NCBI GenBank assembly: GCA_030765205.1
Contig: JAVCDB010000106.1
Location: 906-64,905 of the forward strand
Direction: 5' to 3'
Length of the DNA: 64,000 nt
Source: Candidatus Aadella gelida
Lineage (GTDB): Bacteria; Omnitrophota; Gorgyraeia; Tantalellales; Tantalellaceae
Shown: one piece after another, positions 36,857 through 46,360 of the stretch
How the letters are laid out: the number at the start of each line of letters is the position of its first letter
Numbering within the stretch: position 1 is the stretch's first letter
The notes under the pieces: generated by a model
What the model was told of the DNA's origin: nothing
Database searches by the model: none
What the model saw: the letters and a program-made list of their open reading frames with translations, nothing else
Translations under genes and position numbers: made by a program

Positions 36857-38490
36857 TTTACTATTTCAAATTTACCGAAAAGACGCAGGACCACATTGAG
36901 TTGCTTTTGGTCCCAAACCCAGACATTTTGTTCTTTTGCTAAAAGATATGCGTTCTGTTCTATTCCCTTAAGAGGAACAAATATCTTCCTCATGATCTTG
37001 ATATCCTTGTCGGGGAACTTCATGCTCCAAATATCGTGAATATCCTTATCATCAGAAATATCGTTCTGCTTTACATTACAAACCCAAGCTCTCTTGCCTT
37101 TTTTTCCTATGATCTGAAACACCGTATCAGACAATTTCTTTTTCTCAACACTGTCAAATTTAGGCATTTTTTTCATATTCATATTGATCTGCATTTTTTC
37201 GCCGCTAAAACTTTTGAACAGATCATAGATTATATCAGCTGCTTTTTTCTGACTAAAAACACAATATCTTCGGTAGTCATCTGATACTTCCTTCTTAAAC
37301 TCCAGATACTTGATCCCCATATCATCTATCACAGATCGACTCTTCAGATCATAAACATGTTTCAACCAATACTCAAAAAGTTTATCGGCAACGTAATAAA
37401 ATGTCCCGCTATTAAGGACAAGATCCATATCCTGCAATTTTTGAAGATTAAGCCCGGTATCCTTATCAGTTTTCCCGATATGGGCCTGAATGTCCTTAAT
37501 TGTCTGTTTCCCATGTGAGAGCGCCACAAGAATAGGGAGGAACTTCTTCCGGTTTTTTTTCTCAAGAAAAAAGTTAACGTTATTCATGAAATACTGATTA
37601 AGTACTCCGTTGGATTCATATAAAATGTAGGCTAAAGAATCTAAAAGATATTCCTCGTCGTTCTTCTCTCTCGTACTTTCTTTTCTTTTTATCTCCGACA
37701 CTTTCGAAGCCAGGTTCTCTAGATAGAAAGGATTGCCTTGAGTTATTTGGATAAGATAGCTCTTTATATCTTCGGCAATATCTACATCCTTGATTTTCTC
37801 GGACACAAAAGAACGAGCTGTCTGATTATCAAAACCGTCGATCTCAAGAACCTCAAAATTCCCAAAAAGAAGCGACAGTTTTTTAGTCAATATATCTTTT
37901 AGTAAGGATTTCTGAGAACTAGAAACTATATACATGGTATTTTTCTGTACCATGATAAATTTTCCAAAAACCTGAAAAGGTCTTCTAAGCTTGAAATTTG
38001 ACAGATTATGAAACTCGTCAAGAATGACCACACAATTCTTACCGGTCTCCTGTTTGAAAACAGAAGTTATTTCCAAAAGAGTCCCGTAAGCTTCCTCATT
38101 CTTCTTCCCGTCAAGACAGGTTGAGACCTTATCCATAGCACTAACGGTTTTGGGTATCATCCCTTTGGCTTTCATTCTGAGTGATTCAAAATCGTTTTCC
38201 GCCTTTTCCCCTTCAGACCGCAGGTAACGATACATCAAAGCTGCCATGAATTGAGTACAGAAAAAACGAAAATCCACCCCGTCCATTTCAATATACAACG
38301 GAATAACATCGGGGTCTTTGATACTTTTAAGAAAATGTCTTAATATGGAGGATTTACCGGCAAGCATAGGACCCGTAAGAGCGAGATTTTGTCTATACCC
38401 GCCTTTAAGGTCTGTAACTCTCTTCTGTAAAGTTCCGACCACTTCTTCCCGGCCGAACAACTTTTTACCGAAAACTGGTTCAATAAACAT
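36853..38490 (-). CDS. Archaeal-type P-loop ATPase with winged-helix and C-terminal domain
   Basis: FGREE, GPMLAGKS (Walker A), VILDEFH (Walker B), TQGNPFYL. Confidence 0.8.
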   Translation of the reverse strand: MFIEPVFGKKLFGREEVVGTLQKRVTDLKGGYRQNLALTGPMLAGKSSILRHFLKSIKDPDVIPLYIEMDGVDFRFFCTQFMAALMYRYLRSEGEKAENDFESLRMKAKGMIPKTVSAMDKVSTCLDGKKNEEAYGTLLEITSVFKQETGKNCVVILDEFHNLSNFKLRRPFQVFGKFIMVQKNTMYIVSSSQKSLLKDILTKKLSLLFGNFEVLEIDGFDNQTARSFVSEKIKDVDIAEDIKSYLIQITQGNPFYLENLASKVSEIKRKESTREKNDEEYLLDSLAYILYESNGVLNQYFMNNVNFFLEKKNRKKFLPILVALSHGKQTIKDIQAHIGKTDKDTGLNLQKLQDMDLVLNSGTFYYVADKLFEYWLKHVYDLKSRSVIDDMGIKYLEFKKEVSDDYRRYCVFSQKKAADIIYDLFKSFSGEKMQINMNMKKMPKFDSVEKKKLSDTVFQIIGKKGKRAWVCNVKQNDISDDKDIHDIWSMKFPDKDIKIMRKIFVPLKGIEQNAYLLAKEQNVWVWDQKQLNVVLRLFGKFEIVK

Positions 38491-38673
38491 AAGAAGGAAA
38501 TCTCAAATAATTATGAATAATAACGAATAAAATACCGCAATAAATAAACGGGTTAGTTATTAAAAACCAAGAACACATCTTATATTATCCCCCCACCCAA
38601 GTCAATATATATATTAAAATAAATGCCACACTTTCAAGCCCAATTTCCCTTGACAAAATAATAGCCCCTTCGT

Positions 38674-39303
38674 CCGAATTTATTGTCACTACCATTATCG
38701 GAAACCGAGGCAAAGCCAAGGTTTCAAGAACGTCTGGGGCCACCTTTAAACACAAAAAAGGGGACAGTTGCCCTCACAAATTCGCAAACGGTACAAAATA
38801 GGGACATATGCTGAGTAATTGAACCTTTGTCAGAGTTTATTGTCGTTATTATTATCGGAAACCGAGGCAAAGCCAAGGTTTCAGGGTAGTTCCGTGTACA
38901 GCAAGGGGAAACCGAGGGCGAAGCCCAAGGTTTTAAGATAGTTCACGTGTACGGTGAGGGGATACCGTGTTACTCTTCCCTGCTACACTTACAGGTTCCC
39001 ACGAGCTCGCTCCGATGTTTGCGAGGAAAACTTTCTGGAAAGCTCGGTTTTCAGAAAGTTTGACGACCAAACATCAAAAAAAGGCAACTGTAAACAGTTG
39101 CCTTTTTGCCATAATTTTTCGAAGAAAAATTATGGAACGAGTGAGGGGAAACCGAAGCCACAGGCTGAGGTTCCCACGAACTCGCTGATAATGTTTGCGA
39201 GGAGAAATTTTAGAAAAGCTTGCTTTTCTAAAATTTTGACGACCAAACATTAAAAAACCCAAGTGCAAACCACTTGGGTTTTACCAACTTTTCCCTGAAA
39301 AGT
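38674..39303 (-). repeat. tRNA-Gly-linked structured tandem repeat array
   Basis: Two units of about 170-185 bp (39133-39303, about 38948-39132) ending in tRNA 3'-end copies, plus shorter GGAAACCGAG...AGGTTT hairpin units near 38906, 38856, 38700. Confidence 0.85.
39252..39282 (-). terminator. Intrinsic terminator after tRNA-Gly
   Basis: Minus strand AAAACCCAAGTG-GTTTG-CACTTGGGTTTTTT. Confidence 0.8.
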
Positions 39304-39377
39304 TGGAGCGAGTGAGGGGAATCGAACCCCCGTAGCCAGCTTGGGAAGCTGATGTACTACCATTGTACTACACTCGC
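39304..39377 (-). tRNA. tRNA-Gly (CCC)
   Basis: GCGAGTG acceptor stem, D arm GTAC/GTAC, anticodon loop TT-CCC-AA, GGTTCGATTCC, encoded CCA. Confidence 0.96.
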
Positions 39378-39399
39378 CCACTACTCTCTTTATCGGCAG

Positions 39400-40302
39400 T
39401 TATCTATAAAACTTAGTAAGCCTCTCAAAATGCCGATACCTTTTATCAAAATCTTCTCTTTTAACTTTAGCCAAGTTCTCCGCACTAAACTTCTCAACCG
39501 CGAACGAGGCCAATATAGTACCGTACACTAAAGATCTCCTCAATATCTTATCACTGATCTTTTTATGTCTCGAAAGGTATCCCATCATCCCGCCGGCAAA
39601 AGTATCTCCGGCACCCGTAGGATCCTTGATCTTCTCCAAAAGATATGCCGGCACGACAAACTGTAACTTCGGCGAAAAGAATAGCGCGCCATGCTCGCCC
39701 TTTTTTATAACTATCATTTTCGCGCCTTTATCGGCAATATATCTCGCAGCTTCGAACAGGTTCTTTTCTCCGGATAACTGACAAGCTTCAGCATCATTCA
39801 GCAGAAAAATATCGACTTTTTTAAGTAACTTTTCAAGCTCTTTCTTCTTGTGTGTGATCCACAAATTCATCGTATCACATGCTACGATCCCTTTAGGATT
39901 CATCTTCTTAAATATCCATCCCTGCAGCTCCGGATCGATATTCGCCAACAGTAAATTGCTTTTCCGATTGATTGTATCGGGAATATTAGGCAGGAACCCT
40001 TCAAAAACGTTTAGATGCGTGCTTAGGGTCTCCGCATGACTTATATCACGATACCGCGCTTTCCACCTAAAAGTCTCGCCTTCCTTTATCTCTAGCCCGG
40101 AGACACCTATTTTCCTTCTCTTCATCATGACTATATGTTTTTTAGGAAAATCAGTTCCTACCACACTGATAAGCTCGACAGGAGAAAAAAACGAAGCACT
40201 AACCGACGCATAGGTCGCCGATCCACCAAGTATATCTTCATTTTTCCCGAAAGGCGTCTCAATGTTATCCAATGCCACAGAACCGATAATGTTCAACCCC
40301 AT
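39400..40302 (-). CDS. PfkB family carbohydrate kinase
   Basis: GSVALD, GGSATY, NDAEA, KKGEHG, DPTGAGDTFAGG; start at MGLNIIG. Confidence 0.92.
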   Translation of the reverse strand: MGLNIIGSVALDNIETPFGKNEDILGGSATYASVSASFFSPVELISVVGTDFPKKHIVMMKRRKIGVSGLEIKEGETFRWKARYRDISHAETLSTHLNVFEGFLPNIPDTINRKSNLLLANIDPELQGWIFKKMNPKGIVACDTMNLWITHKKKELEKLLKKVDIFLLNDAEACQLSGEKNLFEAARYIADKGAKMIVIKKGEHGALFFSPKLQFVVPAYLLEKIKDPTGAGDTFAGGMMGYLSRHKKISDKILRRSLVYGTILASFAVEKFSAENLAKVKREDFDKRYRHFERLTKFYR

Positions 40303-40304
40303 AC

Positions 40305-41573
40305 TTAAGCCTTCTTCGCCATTTTTTTTATAGACTCTTCCGTGACCTTGATAGAGCAATATTCCGAACACATAGTACACACATCCTCTATTTTAGGCTC
40401 TTCTTCCTTACGCATCTTTTCAGCGGTAGTAGGATCTAAAGATAACTCAAACTGTTTTTTCCAATCGCGTTTGGCCCTAGCCTTTGAAATATCATCATTA
40501 CGTTTGATCGCTGAAGGGATACCTTTAACTATATCCGCGGCGTGTGCGGCTATTTTAGACGCCATGACGCCAAGCCTTACATCATCATCATCGGGAAGGC
40601 GAAGGTGTTCTGCCGGAGTAACATAACACAGAAAATCCGCTCCATGCCATGCGGCGATAGCTCCTCCAATAGCTCCCGTTATATGATCATATCCCGGCGC
40701 AATATCTGTTACCAGCGGCCCAAGAACGTAGAATGGAGCACCATTACACAACGACTTCTGCAATTTAACATTAGTCTCTATCTGATCTAAAGGAACATGA
40801 CCCGGCCCCTCTATGATAACCTGTACTCCCTTATCCAGAGCACGTTTCTGAAGATCGCCGAGAATAAGAAGTTCTGTTATCTGCAGCCTATCAGTAGCAT
40901 CGGATATGGCTCCAGGTCTTAAACTGTCCCCCAAACTCAAAGTCACTTCATATTCTTTGCAAATATCCAAAATATCATCAAAACGCGATAAAAACGGGTT
41001 CTCTTTTCCGTTTTCTATCATCCATGATCCGAGTAATGCTCCGCCGCGGCTGACAATATTCATTATACGTTCGTCACGTTCGACTATTTTCATAGCGTCC
41101 AAAGTTATCCCGGAATGTATAGTAAAAAAATCCACTCCTTCTTCGGCCTGTTTCTGTACTACGTCAACAAAATCATTCTCTTTCATGGAAAGAAATTTCT
41201 TTTCTTTCATACAGGCAAGCTCATATACGGGAACCGTACCTAAGGGAACCTGGCATTCCTCGATAACTTTTTTACGCAGCGTGTTCAGGTCCGGACCGGT
41301 TGAAAGATCCATAACCGCGTCCGCTCCGTAAGCTACGGCAGTTTCCATCTTTTTTATTTCCCTCTGAATAGTAGAACTTTCCACTGATAAACCTATGTTA
41401 GCATTAACTTTAGTGGTCAGCCCCTTACCTACCGCACAGGGTTTGGAGATATTATGGTTTTTGTTTTTAAGTAAAACTGCATGACCCTTTTTCACCGTCT
41501 CACGGATCACGTCTGCCGCAGCATCTTCTTGTTTTAGGACACTTTCTAGAAGCGCCTCATTTACCTCTATCAT
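40305..41573 (-). CDS. thiC: Phosphomethylpyrimidine synthase
   Basis: KVNANIG, MDLST, SRGG, LGDSLRPG, EGPGH, YVTPAEH, CTMCSEYC. Confidence 0.97.
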   Translation of the reverse strand: MIEVNEALLESVLKQEDAAADVIRETVKKGHAVLLKNKNHNISKPCAVGKGLTTKVNANIGLSVESSTIQREIKKMETAVAYGADAVMDLSTGPDLNTLRKKVIEECQVPLGTVPVYELACMKEKKFLSMKENDFVDVVQKQAEEGVDFFTIHSGITLDAMKIVERDERIMNIVSRGGALLGSWMIENGKENPFLSRFDDILDICKEYEVTLSLGDSLRPGAISDATDRLQITELLILGDLQKRALDKGVQVIIEGPGHVPLDQIETNVKLQKSLCNGAPFYVLGPLVTDIAPGYDHITGAIGGAIAAWHGADFLCYVTPAEHLRLPDDDDVRLGVMASKIAAHAADIVKGIPSAIKRNDDISKARAKRDWKKQFELSLDPTTAEKMRKEEEPKIEDVCTMCSEYCSIKVTEESIKKMAKKA

Positions 41574-41593
41574 TTTTTCCCTTCCTGATCACA

Positions 41594-42016
41594 TTATTTA
41601 ATGCGGCTCAAAACTTTGACCGCGGATTTTTCAATACCATACAATTTAAATCTGAAATTTTTAAACTGTTGAGAAAGATCTTTATCGAATAACTTCAAAA
41701 CTTCTTCCAGCACTCTTAACGACTCTTTTCCTCTTTGCGTATTTGCCAGGAAAAGGTCCACAAGGTTCTCTTTATTCTTTTCAGATTCAGTAGTCTTCAC
41801 TCCAACATCATTAATATCCCTGGCCGATACCAACTCATCTATATGTTCTTTTCTGAGTTCCTTGATGGCATTGAATATGTCATGCCGCAGAACCTTCAGT
41901 TTAGCTGTCATTTCCTCATTATCTGAAGCAAACCTTAAAATATCTTCAGATACCCTGATCCCTTCCATAACACGATTAAGATTCGCATCTATTATCCTGT
42001 ATACACCTGTATCCAT
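41594..42016 (-). CDS. Stand-alone ThiD2-type domain (N-terminal domain of cyanobacterial-type ThiE)
   Basis: RIIDANLNRVMEGIRVSEDILRF, RD...DVG, ESLRVLEE. Confidence 0.82.
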   Translation of the reverse strand: MDTGVYRIIDANLNRVMEGIRVSEDILRFASDNEEMTAKLKVLRHDIFNAIKELRKEHIDELVSARDINDVGVKTTESEKNKENLVDLFLANTQRGKESLRVLEEVLKLFDKDLSQQFKNFRFKLYGIEKSAVKVLSRIK

Positions 42017-42032
42017 TTGAGTTTATACCCTC

Positions 42033-42509
42033 CTATCCTTTCATTCTTTTTATTGTATTTGTCGTTGAATATCCTTCTTCATACCCGATTATCTTGACCC
42101 TGCCACCGTTTTTCTTAACATACGCAGCTCCCGCGATTTCATCCTCTTTCCAATCTCCGCCCTTGAACAAGATATCCGGCCCCAGTTCTTCAATAAGTTT
42201 TTGAGGAGTATCCTCTTCAAAAAGAGTTATAAGATCCACACATTCCAGTGCGGCAAGAACTTCCATCCTATCATGCTCTAAATTGACCGGCCGGGAATCA
42301 CCTTTTATGCTCCTAACTGAGCTGTCACTATTCATCCCCACGATTAGAATATCGCATTCATCTTTGGCTGATCTCAAATATCTCACATGACCCGCATGAA
42401 TAATATCAAAACATCCGTTAGTGAACCCAACCTTATTACCTTTTTCCTTTGCGTCTCGGGCCACTCCCAGAAGTTCCGAACGGTTCTTTATCTTATCATT
42501 TTTCGTCAT
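42033..42509 (-). CDS. rfaE2: D-glycero-beta-D-manno-heptose 1-phosphate adenylyltransferase
   Basis: FTNGCFDIIHAGH, NSDSSV, KGGDW, STT. Confidence 0.93.
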   Translation of the reverse strand: MTKNDKIKNRSELLGVARDAKEKGNKVGFTNGCFDIIHAGHVRYLRSAKDECDILIVGMNSDSSVRSIKGDSRPVNLEHDRMEVLAALECVDLITLFEEDTPQKLIEELGPDILFKGGDWKEDEIAGAAYVKKNGGRVKIIGYEEGYSTTNTIKRMKG

Positions 42510-43084
42510 GCTAAAGAATCCTCTATAATTTTACACAAAATGTGTATAACAGCAATATGGACCTCTTGTATGCGAGCCGTATTTTCAGCTTTGACATTTA
42601 TTGTCACATCGGCTTCTGTAGCTAAAGTGCCACCCTCGTGACCTGTCAAAGCAACGACCGGGACCCCTTTCTTTTTAGCAGCAAGAACACCTTCGATCAC
42701 ATTCTCTGAATTACCACTTGTCGATATAGCCACGACAATATCATTTTCGGCTGCAAGAGCCTCCACCTGACGGCTGAAGATCTTTTTAAACTCATAATCA
42801 TTACCAGATGCTGTTATGATAGATGTATCCGTAGTAAGCGCCACAGCGGGTAATGCACGCCTTTCCTTTTCAAATCTGACCATCAGTTCTGCCGCAAAAT
42901 GCTGACTATCGGCCGCACTGCCACCGTTACCGAAAACAAGGACTTTCCCGCCCTTACCATAACTTTCTATTATTGCCGAAGCCGCTTTCTTAATGGCTTC
43001 TATGTTATCATTATCAGCAAAGAATTTTTCTTTGATCTTAACGCTTTCTTCTGCAAACTTCTTGATCATCATATCTATATCCAT
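42506..43084 (-). CDS. gmhA: Phosphoheptose isomerase
   Basis: GNGGSAADSQH, NDY, STSGNS, IQEVH. Confidence 0.95.
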   Translation of the reverse strand: MDIDMMIKKFAEESVKIKEKFFADNDNIEAIKKAASAIIESYGKGGKVLVFGNGGSAADSQHFAAELMVRFEKERRALPAVALTTDTSIITASGNDYEFKKIFSRQVEALAAENDIVVAISTSGNSENVIEGVLAAKKKGVPVVALTGHEGGTLATEADVTINVKAENTARIQEVHIAVIHILCKIIEDSLA

Positions 43085-43120
43085 AATCATTCACTCCTGA
43101 TAAATTAGCGTGCGATGCGT

Positions 43121-43723
43121 CTACCGCCTATACGGCACGGTATCCGAAGCAGTAGGCTTTTCCTCTCCATCAACCGGGATACCTTCAACCTGCGCGCCTT
43201 TAATGATCTTTTTTATGTTCATACTGATATTAACGCCTTCTTCTATCCCCAGCATACTTTGAACCTTATTCTTAACTTCCATCTGTATCTGTTCGGTAAC
43301 TTCAGGAATGCTGGCAGATGCTGAAATAGTAACATCTGTTGTAACATTTATACCCTTTTTCCCGGAACGAACACTAGACTTAACGTCTTTTATACCCCCG
43401 ATACTTTTCGCTATCTTTTGTATATAATCTTCCACTGCGGAAAGAGATATGGTTACTTCGCCATCAGGATTCTGAAAAGAAATGAACCTCGATCTTTTTA
43501 GTCTCTTGGCTAAACGGTACGGCGCGATGATCCCGATAAGGATTATCACTATTCCGGCAACCGCTCCCGCTATCTGATAGCCCGTATCTGCCACGATCAT
43601 GTTCATAATCTCAGCACATTTCTCCGGAGACAACAGGTTCAATGACGCCAATACAAGAAACCCTCCCAAAGAAACCATCAGTAACATATAAAGAAATACT
43701 ACTAATCTTCTAAAAAAATTCAT
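43121..43723 (-). CDS. AmaP-like membrane anchor with Asp23-like domain
   Basis: Two TM helices, GEVTIS..AVED, IPEVTEQIQ; downstream of accC. Confidence 0.72.
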   Translation of the reverse strand: MNFFRRLVVFLYMLLMVSLGGFLVLASLNLLSPEKCAEIMNMIVADTGYQIAGAVAGIVIILIGIIAPYRLAKRLKRSRFISFQNPDGEVTISLSAVEDYIQKIAKSIGGIKDVKSSVRSGKKGINVTTDVTISASASIPEVTEQIQMEVKNKVQSMLGIEEGVNISMNIKKIIKGAQVEGIPVDGEEKPTASDTVPYRR

Positions 43724-43747
43724 GTTCCCTCCTTAGGGTCATACAAA

Positions 43748-45094
43748 TCACTCTTTTACTGGAAAATATTTTTCTATGAAATGAGTTGAATAGTCTCCTT
43801 TACGGAAATCCGGATTCAGAAGCACCTCTTTGTGGAAATCAACAGTAGTTTTAATCGGGGATATAAGGAATTCTTCTAAAGCCCTGCGCATGATCGTAAT
43901 AGCTTCATCCCTGTCCTTGCCGTAGGCGATGATTTTTGCCATCATGGAATCATAAAACGGAGGTATTTCATAACCTGCGTATATGTGCGTATCCACACGT
44001 ATCCCGGGACCACCCGGAATACTGAGAGCCTCTATGGTGCCGGGTGACGGTCTGAAATTATTCTCGGGGTCTTCAGCGTTTATACGGCATTCTATGGCAT
44101 GTCCCGCAAACTTTATATCTTTCTGCTCGAACGAAAGTTTTTCACCAGCGGCTATCCTAATCTGTTCCTTTATTAGATCTACACCAGTTATCATTTCCGT
44201 TACAGGATGCTCAACCTGTATACGAGTATTCATTTCCATGAAATAAAAATTATCCCCATCAAGCAAAAATTCTATCGTCCCTGCGCCCTTATATTTTACA
44301 GCTTTTGTGGCCTTAACGGCTATTTCACCCATCAGCTTTCGACGATCCTCATTCAGAAAAACCGAAGGAGACTCTTCTATAAGTTTCTGATGCCTTCTCT
44401 GAATAGTGCAATCCCTTTCTCCTAGATGTACGACATTCCCGTGTTCATCTGCAAGTACTTGAACTTCGACATGCCGAGGAGATTCAATATATTTTTCCAT
44501 ATAGACATCGGAATTCCCAAAAGCCGCTTCGGCTTCGCTCTGTGCTGTAAGCATCGCTCCGATAAGTCTGACATCATTATGACACACCCTCATGCCTTTT
44601 CCTCCACCACCGGCCGATGCTTTTATGATAACGGGATAACCTATCCGTTTCGCTTCCTTGAGAGCATGTTCCTGATCCTTTATCAGACCATCCGATCCGG
44701 GAGTTACGGGAACTCCTATCTTTCTCATAGTATCTTTAGCGGCAATTTTATTCCCCATCAGCCTCATGTTTTCGGGAGACGGACCGATAAATTTTATCTG
44801 GCAAGATTCACATATTTCAGCAAAATGCGCATTTTCCGCTAAAAATCCATATCCGGGATGTATGGCTTCGACATCGGTTATTTCAGAGGCACTAATTATC
44901 GCTGGAACGTTAAGGTAACTATCCGCAGGCATCGCTTTCCCGATGCATATGGCTTCATCAGCCAATCTGACATGAAGAGACTTCGCATCCGCTTCGGAAT
45001 AAACGGCTACAGTCTTCACTCCGAGCTCCCTACAAGCACGTATTATTCTAAGCGCTATTTCGCCTCTATTTGCTATTAATATTCTGGAAAACAT
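43748..45094 (-). CDS. accC: Biotin carboxylase
   Basis: [39 protein letters not shown]. Confidence 0.98.
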   Translation of the reverse strand: MFSRILIANRGEIALRIIRACRELGVKTVAVYSEADAKSLHVRLADEAICIGKAMPADSYLNVPAIISASEITDVEAIHPGYGFLAENAHFAEICESCQIKFIGPSPENMRLMGNKIAAKDTMRKIGVPVTPGSDGLIKDQEHALKEAKRIGYPVIIKASAGGGGKGMRVCHNDVRLIGAMLTAQSEAEAAFGNSDVYMEKYIESPRHVEVQVLADEHGNVVHLGERDCTIQRRHQKLIEESPSVFLNEDRRKLMGEIAVKATKAVKYKGAGTIEFLLDGDNFYFMEMNTRIQVEHPVTEMITGVDLIKEQIRIAAGEKLSFEQKDIKFAGHAIECRINAEDPENNFRPSPGTIEALSIPGGPGIRVDTHIYAGYEIPPFYDSMMAKIIAYGKDRDEAITIMRRALEEFLISPIKTTVDFHKEVLLNPDFRKGDYSTHFIEKYFPVKE

Positions 45095-45109
45095 AATTAA
45101 CGGGTTTCT

Positions 45110-45544
45110 TTATGCCGGTTCTACGAGGAACAATGTTTGCCCAAATTCTACCGCTTCGGCATTTTCTATAAGTATTTCGGATATCTTGCCGCCGAATTCA
45201 GCTTTGATCTCGTTCATCAATTTCATAGCTTCAATTATACAGAGCACATCACCTTTTTTCACTACATCCCCGACACCCACAAAAGGAGCCGCTTCCGGCG
45301 AAGACGCCCCATAGAACGTTCCAACCATAGGAGACTTCACTTCTTTTCCGTTACCGGCAGCTTGCTCTTGACCCGGAGAAGAACCCTGCGGAGTAGCAGC
45401 GGCAGGCGCGGTAACGATCTGTTCGACCATCCCACTTGCCTTCTTTGAAAGCTTTATCTTTTTACCCTCTTCTTCGACCTCAACTTCCGTGAGACCATTT
45501 TCTTTCATGAGATCGATCAATTCTTTAATCTTTTTAATGTTCAT
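45110..45544 (-). CDS. accB: Biotin carboxyl carrier protein
   Basis: [15 protein letters not shown]. Confidence 0.97.
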   Translation of the reverse strand: MNIKKIKELIDLMKENGLTEVEVEEEGKKIKLSKKASGMVEQIVTAPAAATPQGSSPGQEQAAGNGKEVKSPMVGTFYGASSPEAAPFVGVGDVVKKGDVLCIIEAMKLMNEIKAEFGGKISEILIENAEAVEFGQTLFLVEPA

Positions 45545-45559
45545 ATTTTTTCTCCTGTA

Positions 45560-45800
45560 GTCGTGATTCGTAATTCGTGAACAGTAAACAGTGAACAGTG
45601 ACCTGTTGACTATTGTCTATTGACAATTGACCTTTTTAACCCGTTCTCCGCATCAGTCCGATCTGACTTTTAAACCTTTAAAACTTTTTAACCTTTTAAA
45701 CTGTCCCCATATCGGTCATTCTTTGTCTATTGTCAATAGTCTAATAACATCCCCCGTCTTTCTTCCTTCTGATCTCTATAACCTATACCCTGAACCCTAT
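45560..45800 (+). repeat. Heptamer-array intergenic element, copy F (type 1 core, partly deleted) plus CTA array
   Basis: Same arms, CCGCATCAGTCC and 9-mer array; lies between efp and accB. Confidence 0.9.
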
Positions 45801-45802
45801 TA

Positions 45803-46360
45803 TTACGCTCTCTCTATATACTCCCCAGTACGGGTATCAACCTTTATTTTCTGATGCTGTTCCACAAATAAAGGAACTTTTACGATCTTACCCGTTTCCA
45901 ATGTAGCCGGTTTAGTGGCACCTGAAACCGTATCACCTTTCATTCCCGGTTCCGTATGCACCACTTCTAAAATAACATGTATCGGAGGATCCACCGACAG
46001 TACCTTACCATCATATATCTTGGCCGTTACGGACATACCTTCTTTAAGATATTCGGCTTTTTCACCTATTTTCTCTTCAGACAGATGTATTTGTTCGTAA
46101 TTAGCCTCATCCATCAAACAGAATCCCATATCATCCTTATAGAGATACTGCATCTGTTTATTTTCTATAAAGGCCTGTTCCAAGGTATCTTCCGGTCTCA
46201 TCGTTTCAGACATTATGGCCCCGGTAGTCAAATTCCTGAGTTTTGCTTTGATAAACGCTCCACCTTTGCCCGGTTTATTGTGTCTAGCCTCAACAACCTC
46301 ATGCAACTGACCGTTAAACAGAATAACGGCTCCCTGTCTCACCTGTCCCGCTTTTATCAT
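45803..46360 (-). CDS. efp: Elongation factor P
   Basis: KPGKGGAF, QYLY, PGMKGDT, KPATLETG, DTRTGEY. Confidence 0.97.
   Translation of the reverse strand: MIKAGQVRQGAVILFNGQLHEVVEARHNKPGKGGAFIKAKLRNLTTGAIMSETMRPEDTLEQAFIENKQMQYLYKDDMGFCLMDEANYEQIHLSEEKIGEKAEYLKEGMSVTAKIYDGKVLSVDPPIHVILEVVHTEPGMKGDTVSGATKPATLETGKIVKVPLFVEQHQKIKVDTRTGEYIERA

Noticed and set aside
39133-39185. Second tRNA-Gly gene or prophage att site
   Set aside because: Lacks D and anticodon arms and the TTC loop; no integrase or island between the copies.
38954-39268. Short ORFs within the tRNA-linked array
   Set aside because: Overlap structured repeats; no coding signal.
38674-39303. CRISPR array
   Set aside because: Units are long, unequal, derived from tRNA ends and lack identical repeats with unique spacers; no cas genes.
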